A stretch of DNA of 64,000 nucleotides from Chara braunii (GCA_003427395.1 BFEA01000018.1:5922261-5986260); one strand, 5' to 3'; counted from the first letter of the stretch, positions 38,400 through 51,637 are shown. Notes: a model not told the origin generated them from the sequence alone. Numbers and translations: made by a program.

Positions 38400-40350
38400 T
38401 TCTACTGGAATAGGATCCTCTGCATGAAGCCCCTTCGAGCTCTCCCCAAGCACAGGCTGCACTTGCAAGGACTTTCTTGCCTTTCGGGTTTGCACCATTA
38501 TAGCCGGCGTTCCCCGTTTGAGCATGGGTCGGGACACAACCGTGACCGTCATTGCTTGAGCCATTGATGACGGCCCTTGTGTAGAGTTAGCTGCAGGCGC
38601 TGGGCTATCCTGACCATCACTGCCCCATCCGCCAGACAGAAAGACAATTGGAAGATTGGGCCATAACTATTTCATGTCCATACGCAGTCGTATGATAAAA
38701 TCTCGACACTTGCCCAACTTTCTTGTCACTCTTTGTGTCTGGCATATAATCCTTTCTTTTTGTTCCTGCAACTCCCCTGGCTCAAACGAAGAGTTGTTGA
38801 CTCCTAATGACGTCATAGTTGTTTCCAACTCAATAAGTTTTGCCTCTTCGTGAGAGGCTACGTGAAATATGGCCGGGAGAGGAGGACCCATCCGTCGGAA
38901 GGTCTCATTTTTCATACCCCCTTTAATATTTGGGTCAATTAGGTTTCCCTCGAAGTCAAAGACTTCACCTCGAACAGTCGTAAAAACCACCTGGTCCTCC
39001 TCATCCTTTGCGAGGATTTGACAAAAACGGAGAATGTGACATTTCCGGTCACAATACTGACAAATAACTTTTTTTGGTCAATTGCTTCCACCGCCTCCAT
39101 TTCCATGACCTCTCCCTCGACCTCTGTCAGCCTGAGGTTGCATTTGTTGCCCTTGAGCGAGTTGGGTTTGCTCTGCTTGGCGACCACCATTTTTATTCCC
39201 TCCATTTCCACTACTATCCTCGCACTTCCGACTAGTTCTTTGTCCTCCTCGAATTTGATTTAAGACTTTTCTTAATCAATTTTCGAGGTGGTTCTTCCTC
39301 CTTCTCACTTTCACTCTCGTTGGTGCTTTCTTCAGTGACCGACCCCTTTTCTTTTCTCTTGTTTTTTTTTCACCTTGACCATCATTACTTGGAGCTTCAA
39401 CTGCTCCTTCCTCATATCGGTCATCATCTTCTTCATATCCGCAAGAGTCTTATAGGCCTCCTTGTCCTTATTCATATCAATATGTACCTTCTCTCGGTTT
39501 GCCTTTGTTGTTTTAGCAATCAATAGAGTATTTGGTCGAAGTTCCCCACCAACAGATTTCCCCGTATCTTTGACTAATCATATCTTCCTTGCATACCCTT
39601 GATTAACTTTTGTTGCTTCATCTCTGAGAAATTGTCAAGGAAGATGATGCATCTATCATTGTCAGAAAGGTCCGATACCAACCTCGCCACTCGCTCGAAC
39701 TCGGTCAGAAACTGTTTTGTGGTTCCAAAATTCATGCGGCCGATCTTACGAAGGTCTGCCAAGTCCAGCAATTGCTTCCCCAGTTGGTACTTCTCCAATA
39801 ATTTTTCCTTAAAGCTCGATCAATCTTGCGACGCTTGCACCAGCTCTGCCACTGCATCCCTGTATTCCACTCAGCAATATTTTTTCACCATCCGCAATAA
39901 CTTTTCATCTGACCATTCGCAATGGCTCCCCAACTGTTCAAATTTGTCGTCTCATCCGAAGGCATTATTGTCATCAAGTAGTGAGACCTCAACCTTAGGG
40001 AACTGCTCTTTCTGAGACTGTTGGACCACCTTCGCAAGTTTCTGAATGTCATTCCGCCTCTCATCCTGGTTGTTGTTGTTGTTGGGAGCTGCAAAAACCC
40101 ATTTCTTCATATTGAGTGACAAAAATCACAACAGCATAGATCCACACATCAGTCCAATTTTTTTTTTGGAGTCTGAAAGATAAAACAATAATTCTCTAGA
40201 TTTTCCCTTCTTTCTCTTTTTACCTTTGGGTCCAAATTACTAACTTTTACATAAAGCCAAACAAAAGAGGGTAACTTTATATTCCATCAATCACCCAAGT
40301 GTCCTTTCTCTAGGGACAACGGTAGGTATCCCTAACAACGACGCCACCTG
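38400..40350 (-). mobile_element. Ty3/gypsy (Athila/Tat-like) relic: degenerate gag and PBS
   Basis: Broken gag-like frames (KQFLTEFERVARLVSDLSDNDRCIIFLDNF; WSDEKLLRMVKKY). TGGCGTCGTTGTTAGGGA at 40329-40346 follows ..GACA-GG and resembles the tRNA-Asp PBS TGGCGCCGTTGCCGGGGA. Confidence 0.65.
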
Positions 40351-41087
40351 TCGAGCGCATGGGCTCCCGTTTTTTTCGCAAAAGGCGAGAGTCCTCCCAA
40401 CCATATATGTGTCCGAAAATGGATTCAACGGGGGATCCGTGTTGAAAGATTCAACACGCGTTGAATCCGCGTGGAATCCCCGTTGAAACAGTCGTTGGAT
40501 GAGTATAAACGGGGTCCACGATGATTTTTTTCATGGGCTAAACACAATTTTAAAAATATAAAAAAAATTGGAGTTGTAGATCTTTTCGAGGTCTAGAAAC
40601 CCATATATAGGGCCATATTTCTATTTTTTAAACTTTGAGTATATTTAAAAAAAAAAAAACAACATAAACACAATTAAAAATAAAAATAAAAATGAAATGA
40701 GTGTTTTTTTTTTTTGGGTTTCACAGAGATTTTTTAAGGGCTAAAACAAAAACAGAAAAACAAATTAAAAATATAGGGTTGTAGATCTTTCAAAGATGTA
40801 CAACAATATATATATTTTTTTTCAACTTCGTGTATAAAAAAAAAAAAATCAAAACCATAAAAACAAATAAAAAAAGGAAAAAAAGGCACACGCACACACG
40901 CACAGATACAGACACACAACTCACACAAACATACACACAGACACACAACACACACAAACATACACACAGACACACAACACACACAAACACAAAAGAACAC
41001 ACAACTGGGGGCGGTGAGGGTTGGGGGATGAGGAATGCGGGGGCATATTTTAGGGGGNNNNNNNNNNNNNNNNNNNNNNNNNNGCTG

Positions 41088-41222
41088 GGCCACTGCCGAG
41101 ATGTCTAGGCCACGCTCATGGGCTGGGCCACGGTCGAGATGTCTAGGCCACAATCGTTGCTTGGCCACGGCCGAGATGTCTAGGCCATGCCGATTGCTTG
41201 GCCACGGCCGAGATGTCTAGGT
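41088..41222. repeat. Minisatellite (gccacggccgagatgtctagg) x4
   Basis: Direct inspection. Confidence 0.8.
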
Positions 41223-41988
41223 GAGTGAAACTTCCCCACTGAGCAAAACATGCCATCTCCTTCTCGGTCTTTCTATGTCGTCCCCGTCGTTCATCCAATC
41301 CGTTCTTCAGCGCATGGAGCCTCCCTCTGTTTTCTTCTTCCGTCGTTCTAAGTTGCCGTCGGTTTTTTTTTTTTTTTTTGTATGTTCACCCTATTTCTTT
41401 TCTTTTAATTTAATTTATTTTCGAATTTTGTCGCCAGAATCAAATCTTCTTCTTCGCTCTCTTGCTTCTTCTCCCGATGCTGCTGCGGCTTCTCATTTCC
41501 TTCCTCGGCTGAGCTGGAAGGACCCAATTGTGTCAGATGTTGTTTGCGTTGGACTTCAAGCCGGTCAGGTTTGGTTATGCCAAAACTGAGGTGGAAAGAA
41601 TGCACCTGGACGTGCAGAAGGCTAGGTGCATGATGATCTGCTTCTGCATGTGCAGACGCCCTCGTGCATTCTGACCGGGCTAGCTTTGCCCGGATAAGTA
41701 TATGCACTTAGCTATTTCTGTCCCGACCTGTGAATTGTTACCCGGTGGGTTGAACCTATGGTGTATCGGCAGATCAACATTTATGACAGTATATCGCCAT
41801 CGTCGTCGCCTACCGTCTTTTGCCAAATAGGACGTACGGTCATTATATAGCTGTATTTGTGCCAACTCTCAGTCCAGATGCACAGCGATAATGACCCCGT
41901 ACGTACTATGGGGGGGAGAAACGGTAGCCCCTCTCAGACAGGTATGTCTAGATTTGTCAGTCTCCCATCTCACCACTGTCTCAGCGAC

Positions 41989-42024
41989 GTCTCTTATACA
42001 CATCTAGATGTGTATAAGAGACAG
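41989..42024. other. Nextera mate-pair junction adapter (artifact)
   Basis: gtctcttatacacatctagatgtgtataagagacag is two head-to-head Tn5 mosaic ends. Confidence 0.97.
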
Positions 42025-42260
42025 CCTTCCTCCTTTTTGTCACATGTATGATATGCAATGATCGGATCTCACTCAACGTCGCAGGGACACGATATCTGCA
42101 TGCATGCTGAATGCGATCGACACGCTNNNNNNNNNNNNNNNNNNNNNNNNNNNNNNNNNNNNNNNNNNNNNNNNNNNNNNNNNNNNNNNNNNNNNNNNNN
42201 NNNTCTTGTTGTAATCGCCAGCGCGTTGCGAATTGTCATTTTGTGTTCTCATCAGGATTC

Positions 42261-42317
42261 TTTTTTTTTTTTTTTTTTTGAATTTGGACCATTTCTCGAT
42301 TTATGCGTGTCATCCTT

Positions 42318-42349
<32 letters not shown>

Positions 42350-42366
42350 GGCCCCTGCGCAAGGAT
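42261..42366 (-). pseudogene. U6: Polyadenylated U6 retrocopy with a 5' inversion
   Basis: T19 tail, then antisense U6 3' part (42281-42317), then sense U6 middle part (42318-42366). Confidence 0.9.
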
Positions 42367-42449
42367 CCTTAAGTTATCGTTAACATCGTTGAAGTTATTG
42401 TATATTTATTAAGAGCGTCTCCTTCTCTTTCCTCATTACCGTTGCCGGG

Positions 42450-42508
42450 TGGGTCTGTGATTCGAACCCGAGACCTCCAGTGTGTGAGACTGGCGTGATA
42501 ACCAACTG
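42450..42508 (-). pseudogene. Degenerate tRNA-Val(CAC) fragment
   Basis: gattcgaacccgagacctccagtgtgtgagactggcgtgataaccaact; acceptor stem lost. Confidence 0.8.
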
Positions 42509-44451
42509 CGGTTATCGTTTGAAGAAGTGGTTATGGACTTCATCCTCATCGTTTCCTTCATCATCGTCGTGATCGTCGTGTGGTTGTCGTCATTCTTGCC
42601 ATCTTCATTATCGTCTTTGTCATTATGGTCTTTTGCTTCTTCTTCTTCATCATCATCATGGTAAAAGAATAAGGCCGTAGTAATTCCAAGATAATGTCGG
42701 TGTGTTATCTTATCATTGACCTGCTGTAGTATATTTCCTTAATTAGTCCATACAAGAATAGGTTAGCAACCCCCCCCAAAAAAAAAGGTAGCTATCCCAT
42801 GAACGAAGTCATAGCTTCGTCCTCAGTTTCATATGGCTCGTCCTCCTCCTCTTCCTCCTCCTCCTCCTCCTCTTCCTCCTCCTCGTCCTCCTCGTCCTCC
42901 TCCTCCTCCTCATCATCATCATCATCATCTCTTCTTCTTCTTCTTCTTCTTCTTCTTCTTCTTCTTCATCATCATCAGGATGGACGGTATCGTTATCATC
43001 TCTTTTTCATTGTGATTGATTCTGTGATCGTCATCATCATCATCATCTTTTCCTTCCTCCTTTTTTTTTCCCCTTGTTTCTTTGGATATTTTGTTGTCGT
43101 CATTGGCTTCGGCATCGTCGTAATCTTCAGAAGACAACAACGATGACGTGTTTTTTTTTTTTTTTTTAATTTTAAACGATCATCATCGTCGTTGGCTTTT
43201 ACATGTTGTACCCAACTCACTCTTTATGTGGTGGTTGAATTTGAATCGATTTAACGTGTATATTCCTTGGCTGGAGTCTATGAATAGCTGTCTCGACGTC
43301 TGTCAATTCCAGCTTTGGCTGGTTTTGTGTGGACAGACAGGCTCTCCGGAGTTCAATCGGATGCAAGAGGCGACCAACGGGAGTTGAGTTGAACCCTTCT
43401 TCTCGATTTCGCAATCTTTTTTTTTTTTTTTTCCTCCTAATTAAAGGGCGACGGCCTTAAGATATCATCATTGCACTTCGATTCGACCTATTACAGAGTA
43501 ATTAGTAATTACTTAAATTACATATGTACCGCGCGTTTTTTTTTTGTTTTTTTTTTGGGAATACTGCGTGTTTACCAATTCGCAATCTGATGAAACGGCT
43601 AAACATTATACAGACTACGGTCATACTCTCACTAGGACATTTCTAAATGTATCTTACTGTAATTACGGCCAGAGGTGGATGAATCTGACTGGAATCACGT
43701 TGAGAGCTTAGTAGAAAAAGGTCCTAGTGTGAGTACGCCCTGGAGAAGTTTCCATGTCCGTTCGTACACCAGGGGAGGATTGGATTGAAAGCCTGAATCT
43801 GGACGTGTTTGCAGAGAAGTGCAGAAAATGGCGATTGATCTCCTTTTCTGCGTAAAACAGGTCCAGATTCAGGCGCTTCATTCAATCCTCTTTGCCCTTG
43901 GGACCTTTTTTTTTTTTTTTTTTTTTAAGAAAAACTCCGTCCCCCTGCTAGGAGAGGTAATAAGCGCATCCATCCCCCCCTAGCGGGCTTCCTGGTTGCT
44001 CCTATCTATTGGTGGGGAGCCACACCTGCTGGAAACCGGGTCCAGCGTCCCATCATACGTAAAGTATTCAGTGTCCGTTGAATCCGATAGCGAGTCCCGA
44101 TAAAAAGGGGGCCTGGCTCCACCACTCTCCACGTGCGCAAGAGACCAAAATATGGCCGTGTATGTCCCCATGTTCAAGCGGAAGATTCATTCTCGTTTTG
44201 CACATTTGGTGACTGGTGGAGCGAGGCCCAAAGAGGGGGTGTCTATCTAGTCTCCCATTTTTTGTTTATATATGTATATACTGTAGTAACTATATATATA
44301 TATATTTATTATTATTATTATTATTTATTTATTTTTCTCGCTTTTGCGCTCTGATAACTTCGTGACAATATTTTTTTTTTTTAATAGAGTTTTGGGTTTT
44401 CATCAATGCTATAATTGGTTGATTTTGAAGACATAAATATTGAAGGGAAAA

Positions 44452-45397
44452 TTGCGTCTGTACCCCACTTAAAGATGGGAATAGCTGCTTTACCCAGTCG
44501 AAGTGCTCAACTTGCATCTATACCCGGACTTTGCATAGTACCCAACTTTTACCCTGTGCGAGATTGTAGGCATACCCAGTCCTGCAGGCCCTCACTTCCT
44601 GACAACGAAATTATGCCTATGCCCAGAAAAGGGCTGGCAAAATTGCGGGTGCACCCACATCCAGGGGCAGGCCTTGGATGTTGGATGACAGACCACCCTT
44701 GTGACCCAAACGACTGCGGGGTATGAGCATAATTTCAGCCATCCGGTAGTAGGGTATATGAATAACAACTTGGGCAGTCCATCACAGTCCTGGTTATGCC
44801 CNACTTGGGCAGTCCATCACAGTCCTGGTTATGCCCATAATTTTGCCTGACACAAACGACTGCGGGGTATGAGCATAATTTCAGCCATCCGGTAGTACGG
44901 TATATGAATAACAACTTGGGCAGTCCACGGCAGTCCTGGGTATGCCCATTATTTTGCCTGGGTATGTCCATAATTTGTGCATTCCTGTAGTTGGTTATAA
45001 CTGCAATTTTGGGGTACCAGCCTGGGTCCACCTCAGTCCTGGGCGTGCAAATAATTTCCACCCGCTGTTTTCAGGGTATAGGTGCAAGTTGGCGCCCACC
45101 GCAGTCCTGGGCATGCCCATAATTTTGCCTGGTGGGTATGTCCCAATCTGTGCATTCCGGTAGTTGGTTATAACTGCAATTTGGTGGTACCAGCCTGGGT
45201 CCACCTCAGTCCTGGGCATGCATGCAAATAATTTCCACCGGCTGTTTTCTGGGTAAAGGTGCAACTTGGCGCCGGGACTTTGTATAGTGGGTATTCCCAT
45301 TTTAAGTGGGCTACATATGCAATTTTCCCGATATTGAATGGATATTTTGAAGTAGAGGAAACAACCTATTCCCATTTTAAGTGGGGTACAGATGCAA
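44452..45397. repeat. Foldback element with internal tandem repeats
   Basis: ttgcgtctgtaccccacttaaagatgggaatag pairs with ctattcccattttaagtggggtacagatgcaa; repeated cagtcctgg..atgccc units inside. Confidence 0.65.
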
Positions 45398-45767
45398 CAG
45401 CGTGGAGGAATTGCAGACGCATGTCATAACTGTTGATAAAGAGACCTGAGTTAAAATCCTGGTGGCATCAGAGAAATGAAATAACTCTGAATTACGTCGG
45501 CCCGGTCAGTTTTGACGATGACACTTCAAGGCCCTCGCGTTTTTTCCCTCTGGAAAAAGAACTGAAAGGAAAGGGAGCTCCGCTACGCATCACATGCATG
45601 AAAGACAAAAATTATGGCACATGCACGAAAGACAAAAAATATGGCACACGCACAAAAGACAAAAAATATGGCGGTGTTCTAGGGGATTTTTTATTTTTAT
45701 TTTTTTGTTTTTTGTTGCACAGCTGGTGAGTAGTGGAGCGAGGCCCTAAGAAGGAAAGAAAAAGGGC

Positions 45768-48700
45768 ATGGGACATTGGTTTCCAAAGAAGGAAGAAAAG
45801 AATCTGGTGGATGGGGCCATGAACTTCATAGATCAGTCAGACAAAGGTGATCCTTTGGCCCCTTACTTCTTCACTGTGGTGAATGAAGAAACCTTAGCTG
45901 CCAACCTGAGGGCTAATGAGGATTTATCCAAAATAGAAACAACTACTATCCCAGAGGATTCCATATACGAGTGTGCTCTCTGTTTGCTGATGACCTTACA
46001 CCGATGGCCAAAAAATATTGGGATCTGAGTGGCGAACTACAGGAGACCTGAAAATGATGGTCAATGGATTCAGTGTTGGACAAATTTGGGTGCTGGAACC
46101 ACAAGCGTACATCATGACTACCGGTAGGGAGGATTCTAGTCATTCACGTAAATGTGGCTCAAGGGCCCCTTTGGTTAGATCAGCCTTGGCCCGTTCCAAA
46201 CAGCTGCCTTTTTTTTGTCTCTTAAATCACCAGTACCTTTCACATATATCGGTCGAGGGCCCCTCACCGCGACTTTCAGAGGCCCGAAATGGAACACGGG
46301 GGGCAGCAGGGAAAGGTACTGGTGGTTTAAACCGCCAATACCTGTCCCAGCCATTAAACCACCAGTGGTTTAAACCGCCAATACCTGTCCCAGCCAATAA
46401 ACCACCAGTACTTGGCCCAGCTATTGGCCGCGGAAAAAAAAAGAGTAGAAACGTTTCTAGTGGTGCGTTAACGGGCATTTCAACGGATGGATTTGGGTGC
46501 TCCTGTAGTAGCCTGTACGTTTCCTAAAATTGTGGCGTGTTAACGGGCACGACTCAAAGAAGTACTGGTGGTTTAATTTGGTGCATCCATCAGGGCTCGG
46601 CCTGCCGGATGGAAATGGCTGGCAGTGCCAGGCAAAGCCAAAAAGAAGCATTCCGACGTGAGTTCGTTTTTTCATTGGCGTGCAGCAGATATCTGCATCT
46701 GCAAAAAAGAGGCTTGGAGGTGCTTTCACAGCTTATCTAGGGAGGATTAATGTAGAAAAATACAAAGGTCATCAATAGGGTGGCCGAGACTACGTAATTC
46801 GAGCAAGATGGAGAGGAGGGTTATCCATGCTTGACCCGGATACACATATGATAGCAAGTTCTTGATAGTATGCTCTCTTAAATGGGTACATCCTCTGATT
46901 TACAGAGACCCTCCCCCCCCCCCTCCATGCTGTGGCTGTTGAACAACTTTTGGGACATTTCTGTGAGATAATGTCAGCCAGAGGGTACCCGCAACACGAC
47001 TCCCTGTAGGCCCTCCTACTCATGGCTTGGAGGAGGCTGTTTGCGCCGAAAAAGGAAGCCCTCTCTAGGTGGGAGGAATTAACAAGGCAACCCCTGGGTG
47101 GAAGCAGATATAGACCTTTCCAAGCCATAATAGTCCCTGGAAAGGTTGGGTGAAAAAATGGGGTAGAAAGGGTGAGAGAAATTGGGAATGCAGAGGAGGC
47201 CAGATGGAACAGTGTGGAGGAGATTAGGAGCCTGCTGAATTACTGTCATCATAAGGTAAAAGAAAATGTCAATGACCTCATTTCTGCCATCCCCTTGAAT
47301 GGAAGTGCATCCTCGTGAAGAGTCCATCAGGGGGGAAGAAGGTGATTGGATAGGCTGGTGCGATCTGGAGGGCTTGGTGGGTAGGCGCATGAGGTGATAA
47401 CGCCCATGGTTTCGCTGGAGGGATTCTCAGGGTCGGCAAATGGGGGTGTCTGTTGAGGACCAGCCCGCCTTACTGCCTTCCCGTGGTTCCCGGCGATGAC
47501 GTTCTTAGAATCTGGGCAGTGGGTGAGATGGACACGGGTCTGCATTTTGCCCTGACACTGTGGTGGTGGACCTCCTCTTCGATTCCGAGGAATGGAAGTG
47601 AACCAGGTCTGGTAGTAGAGGGGCCAGAAAATTTACCTTATCACTGAAGGACTTGGAAAACTGGTCTGCCTTTTTCCCTGACACGGAGGTCGTGCCCACC
47701 TCGTCTTCAATCTGGAGGAATGAAGTGGACCATGTCTGGTAGTAGAGGTGCCAGGAAATTTACCTTATCACTGAAGGACTTGTCTGTGAAATCCACCTAT
47801 CGCTTAATCTTTCCAGGAAAACGATTGGTTGGAGACATAAAGGAAAGATGGACTGAGCATCTGAACTTGTGCACAAAAGAAATGCTTGGAGTTGAGTTTT
47901 AAAAAGATTACGAGGCTAAACCATCCAACTCCTCCTTTCAGTGGCAGATAGCCTGTAGGTGCCTACCTGCCAGGGAGTGGCTGGTGCACCGGTCGGTGCT
48001 GGAACACACAGGTATCCTACTTCCCTGGTGTAAAAGGTGTTTGAGCGTGTATTCCTAGCAGGAAGATTAAACCACCAGTACTTGGCCCAGCTATCGGCCG
48101 CGGAGAAAAATAGAATAGAAACGTTTCTAGTCAGATGAATCTGGGCACTCCTGTAGTAGCCCGTACGTTTCCTAAAATCGTGGCGCGTTAACGGGCACGA
48201 CTCTAGGAAGTACTGGTGGATTAAACCACCAATACTTTGGCCCAGTGTTTGACGAGGGGTCGGTGCCATGGCCTCTGGGGCTCGGGGCAAACTTTGGGCT
48301 GTTGATGAAATTTATGGATGGCGGCCTGGGCCCCGGAAGGTGGTGGCACGTTAACGCAGAACTCAACTGGCGTTTTGGCAAAGCTTGATGCGCAGGGGGA
48401 ATCCGACTTGTGCAAAACAGACTTGGATGTACTGGTGGTTTAGGGAGAGGACTGGACACCCTTTCTGAGGGCAGTGCTGATATGGAGATGGTGGGATAGA
48501 TTGTGGAGAGGGATCTCTGGCAAAGCAGGGTCGCCTTGGGACTTGAGGGCCATTCTTTTAGCACGTTGCCTAGTCTTCGAAGGGTATGGTCTTAAACTGG
48601 CAGTACACGGCCCCAGCCTTGCAGAAAATCGCGAACTACCAACTCCAAACTTTTGCGGCTCAGGGATACCGGACCACAATGGCCGGCGGCACCAGCCAGA

Positions 48701-49020
48701 AAAGAAAAGAAGTGCACCCCTGGCCGTTCAGAAAGCTTGGTGCGTATTGCAGAATCTCCAGGCCCAGCTGTACTGGTGGCCTTAAGCGTAACTGGTTTAG
48801 GCTCAGGAGCAGACACAAAGATGGACTCATGAGTGGGAGTACTTGATGATTGCAGGGGACGAGGGTAACCAAACTAGTATTTACTTCATTCAGACTGCTA
48901 TATTAAATGATGGAGCACAGTTTTTGAAAAAGTTGAATCGTTATGAAAGGGTGGCTTTAATAAAGGCTTTCTGAGGAATACCTTGATGTCACAGAAAAGC
49001 AGTTTATCACAGAGGTGTAG
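45768..49020 (+). mobile_element. Degenerate non-LTR (LINE) ORF2 relic interrupted by MITE-like inserts
   Basis: RT motifs (Q/K)GDPLAPYFF and LFADD (frameshifted) near 45845-45995. Downstream RGGLSMLD near 46810. AAACCACCAGTAC repeat inserts at ~46220-46580 and ~48070-48440. Confidence 0.65.
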
Positions 49021-49206
49021 GGAAATGTGGCCAAGCTACAAAGAGTACGCCTGCTGTTCAAAGACTGGGCTTGTCCCAACCCCTCTTTTCCCATGAGACC
49101 TGCTTCTGACTTCCCAGGTCAGATTGAAGTTAGGACCTTGTCCCCCNTGTGTGTGTGCGTGCCTGCTGGTTTGCATGCCTGTCTGAGTGCTTGCCGGTTG
49201 TGTGTG

Positions 49207-49244
49207 CTGTCTCTTATACACATCTAGATGTGTATAAGAGACAG
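49207..49244. other. Nextera mate-pair junction adapter (artifact)
   Basis: ctgtctcttatacacatctagatgtgtataagagacag. Confidence 0.98.
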
Positions 49245-49437
49245 GGCTTAACCCCTCTTTTTCCCCTAAACCCCCTTCTCTCTTCCCCCGGTAGATTGAA
49301 ATTTGGACCTCCCCCCCCCCCCCCCCCCCCCTCTACTGTTTTACGACATAGCACAAGCAGGGCCTGCCCCTAGAACTCCATCCGAGCGTGAGAATACACC
49401 TTGGATCGAGATGCAGGTTCAAAGCCCCAGCTCCACG

Positions 49438-49588
49438 TCACGAAATAAGTGACGTAACGTTAATTTTAGTGGTATTTCACCTGCGCCGTAAACTTCCCAC
49501 TTATTCTACACCTCTCAAGCCATTTCAGAGCAGGGTCTTCTTTCCCCGCCGATTCGTCCAAGCCCGTTCCCTTGGCTGTGGTTTTGCA
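49438..49588 (-). pseudogene. Degenerate 25S/28S rRNA fragment
   Basis: Reverse complement contains aaaccacagccaagggaacgggcttgg..cggggaaagaagaccctg..gagaggtgtagaataagtggga..gtgaaataccacta, conserved LSU sequence with an internal deletion. Confidence 0.85.
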
Positions 49589-49615
49589 GGATGCCAGAAG
49601 TCGTTCTGATATACT

Positions 49616-49684
49616 TTTCTCAATTTATGCGGCCCATCCTTGTGCAGGGTCCATGCCAATCTTCTCTGTATTGTTCCAATTTTC
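49616..49684 (-). pseudogene. U6: Degenerate U6 fragment
   Basis: ttctcaatttatgcggcccatccttgtgcagggtccatgccaatcttctctgtattgttccaatttt. Confidence 0.85.
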
Positions 49685-51027
49685 AACCGGCAGTGCATCG
49701 CCCAGGCAAACTTAAGAATCAAAATTGAGCCAATTTGCACATCTCGGGGGCTTGGGGCTACTGCACTAGTGGCTGGCGGTGCCAGCGAAAAAGAATGAAA
49801 GTGCTCTGGTGGTGGTGCGGCAAAATTTTAGCCCTCAGTGCCAGTCTGTCATGGCAGAAGAGGCTTGGATGCAGAGGTGGTTTTATGGATGTCCTAAAGG
49901 GCTTGTCTTGATATATGGTTTTCCCTTGCGTCCATTATATTTTTCTTATTTTGGGGTTAGACTGTTTCCAGCAGGTGCAGCTCCCCACCAATAGATGGAG
50001 CAGCCAGGGATGGCTACTAGAGGCGGCTGCTCTTATCACCCCCTCTAGTAGTGGTGGCTGGTTTTCCAAAAAAATTTTTTTTACCGTATGAACTGCTCAT
50101 TTGCACAATCAATATGCAGGTGAGGTATTGTAGAAGCGGACAACTGAGGTCAACGGCGTTGGCGGTCATGAACAACTCTCGCTGCGAAGACTGAAGCTTG
50201 GCGTGAAGGGGGCACACTGGGAATGGCCGGTCCTTGGTTGAACCCCATCATTGTCTCTGCTATGCAGCTGAAGCTGCTGAACGGAGTACCTGTGAATACG
50301 AAGAAAAAAAAATAAAAATAGAGATGCTACAGCCCGGTGACAGTGATATGATGGAGCATTGCTGAGTGATAGTGTGGTGGTCCTGTGTCCGCTCTCGCTT
50401 GTTTTTTAATGCTTGGAAAACTTTCTCAGATCCGTTGGCAGGATTCTGCAGGACTCTGCTGAAGAGGCTACTATTTTAGTAGAGCAAGGGTGGGGTATTT
50501 TGGGAGCGGTCCGAACTTTGCTGCTTTCTGGATGTCCCTGAAGGGCCTGAACAAATATGTAGTAGTTCCAGGTATCGGGATTGCCTCGGGAACCAACAGG
50601 CTTAAATAACTCTGAATTTACCTGGGGCTGGCCAGTTTGAGGATAATATCTGAAGGCCATATATAAAAAAAAGAAAAACAAAGAGGATATAATTTCTTTT
50701 TTGTGTCTCTGGATGGATTTGGATCGGGAAAAGTTATCCTCTGGATTTGGCCCAGGGCGATTAATGCTGCCCAATCATCTGTGCTACTTGTCTCTTTGCT
50801 GTACGATATCCGAAAGGGGCGTTGAGCCTGTTTCCCAGCACGTGCTGCTTTCCACAACTAGATCGGAGGCTGTTTGGGGGGAAAAAAAGGGCAAAAAAAC
50901 ATCAGGTGCCAAGCCACCATCCCTGGGGTGATACCAAAAATTCACGTATCCCAGATTCAGGACTCCACAATAGAGACTCCCTTTGCTTCAGATGATGATG
51001 TGTCATGACTGTCTGGACTGAAGAGAA

Positions 51028-51176
51028 GAAATGAACATCAGTCCGCCAGCATCACCAGCCGGAAAAAAAACGGATACGAAATGAACATCAGTCCGCCAGC
51101 ATCTCCAGCCGGGAAAAAAACGGATACGAAATGAACATCAGTCCGCCAGCATCTCCAGCCGGAAAAAAAACGGATA
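51028..51176. repeat. ~50 bp tandem repeat x3
   Basis: Unit gaaatgaacatcagtccgccagcatcWccagccggaaaaaaaacggata. Confidence 0.9.
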
Positions 51177-51257
51177 AGCCGCATGCACCTCAGGGCACAC
51201 TGCCTACCTACAGCCAGCACTGTATATGAGAGTCGTCCATCCATCCCAAAGAAAAGT

Positions 51258-51331
51258 TGTCGGATCTGGGATTCGAACCCAAGACCTCCAGTGTGTGAGA
51301 CTGGCGTGATAACCAACTACACCAACCCGAC
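51258..51331 (-). tRNA. tRNA-Val(CAC)
   Basis: GTCGGGTTGGTGTAGTTGGTTATCACGCCAGTCTCACACACTGGAGGTCTTGGGTTCGAATCCCAGATCCGACA forms a full cloverleaf. Upstream CAA; downstream TTTT. Confidence 0.95.
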
Positions 51332-51563
51332 TTGATGGGATGATGATTCGTGGTAAACCCTTTAGATGGCAGGTGCGCCACCCAGGGCCACCGTATTATA
51401 ATGGGTTGATGATGCATCACGACTCACAAGGTGAGCTGCACACAAGCAAGAGTGTGCAGACAGAAGCGAAGAAATGGAACATAAGTCCGCCAGGTTCTAC
51501 CCCATACACCTGAGGGTACACTGCGTAGCGGGGGCTACCTAAGGTGTCCCGGAAAAAAGAAGT

Positions 51564-51637
51564 TGTCGGATCTGGGATTCGAACCCAAGACCTCCAGTGT
51601 GTGAGACTGGCGTGATAACCAACTACACCAACCCGAC
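51564..51637 (-). tRNA. tRNA-Val(CAC)
   Basis: Identical copy with a T6 terminator and an upstream TTTAAA. Confidence 0.95.

Noticed and set aside
41989-42024. Tn5/IS50 ends as a real bacterial transposon or horizontal transfer (also at 49207)
   Set aside because: Matches the Nextera mate-pair junction adapter and sits next to chimeric sequence.
49438-49588. Functional rRNA gene
   Set aside because: Only ~150 bp, diverged and internally deleted.
51028-51176. CRISPR-like array
   Set aside because: Contiguous tandem repeats with no unique spacers and no cas genes; eukaryotic context.
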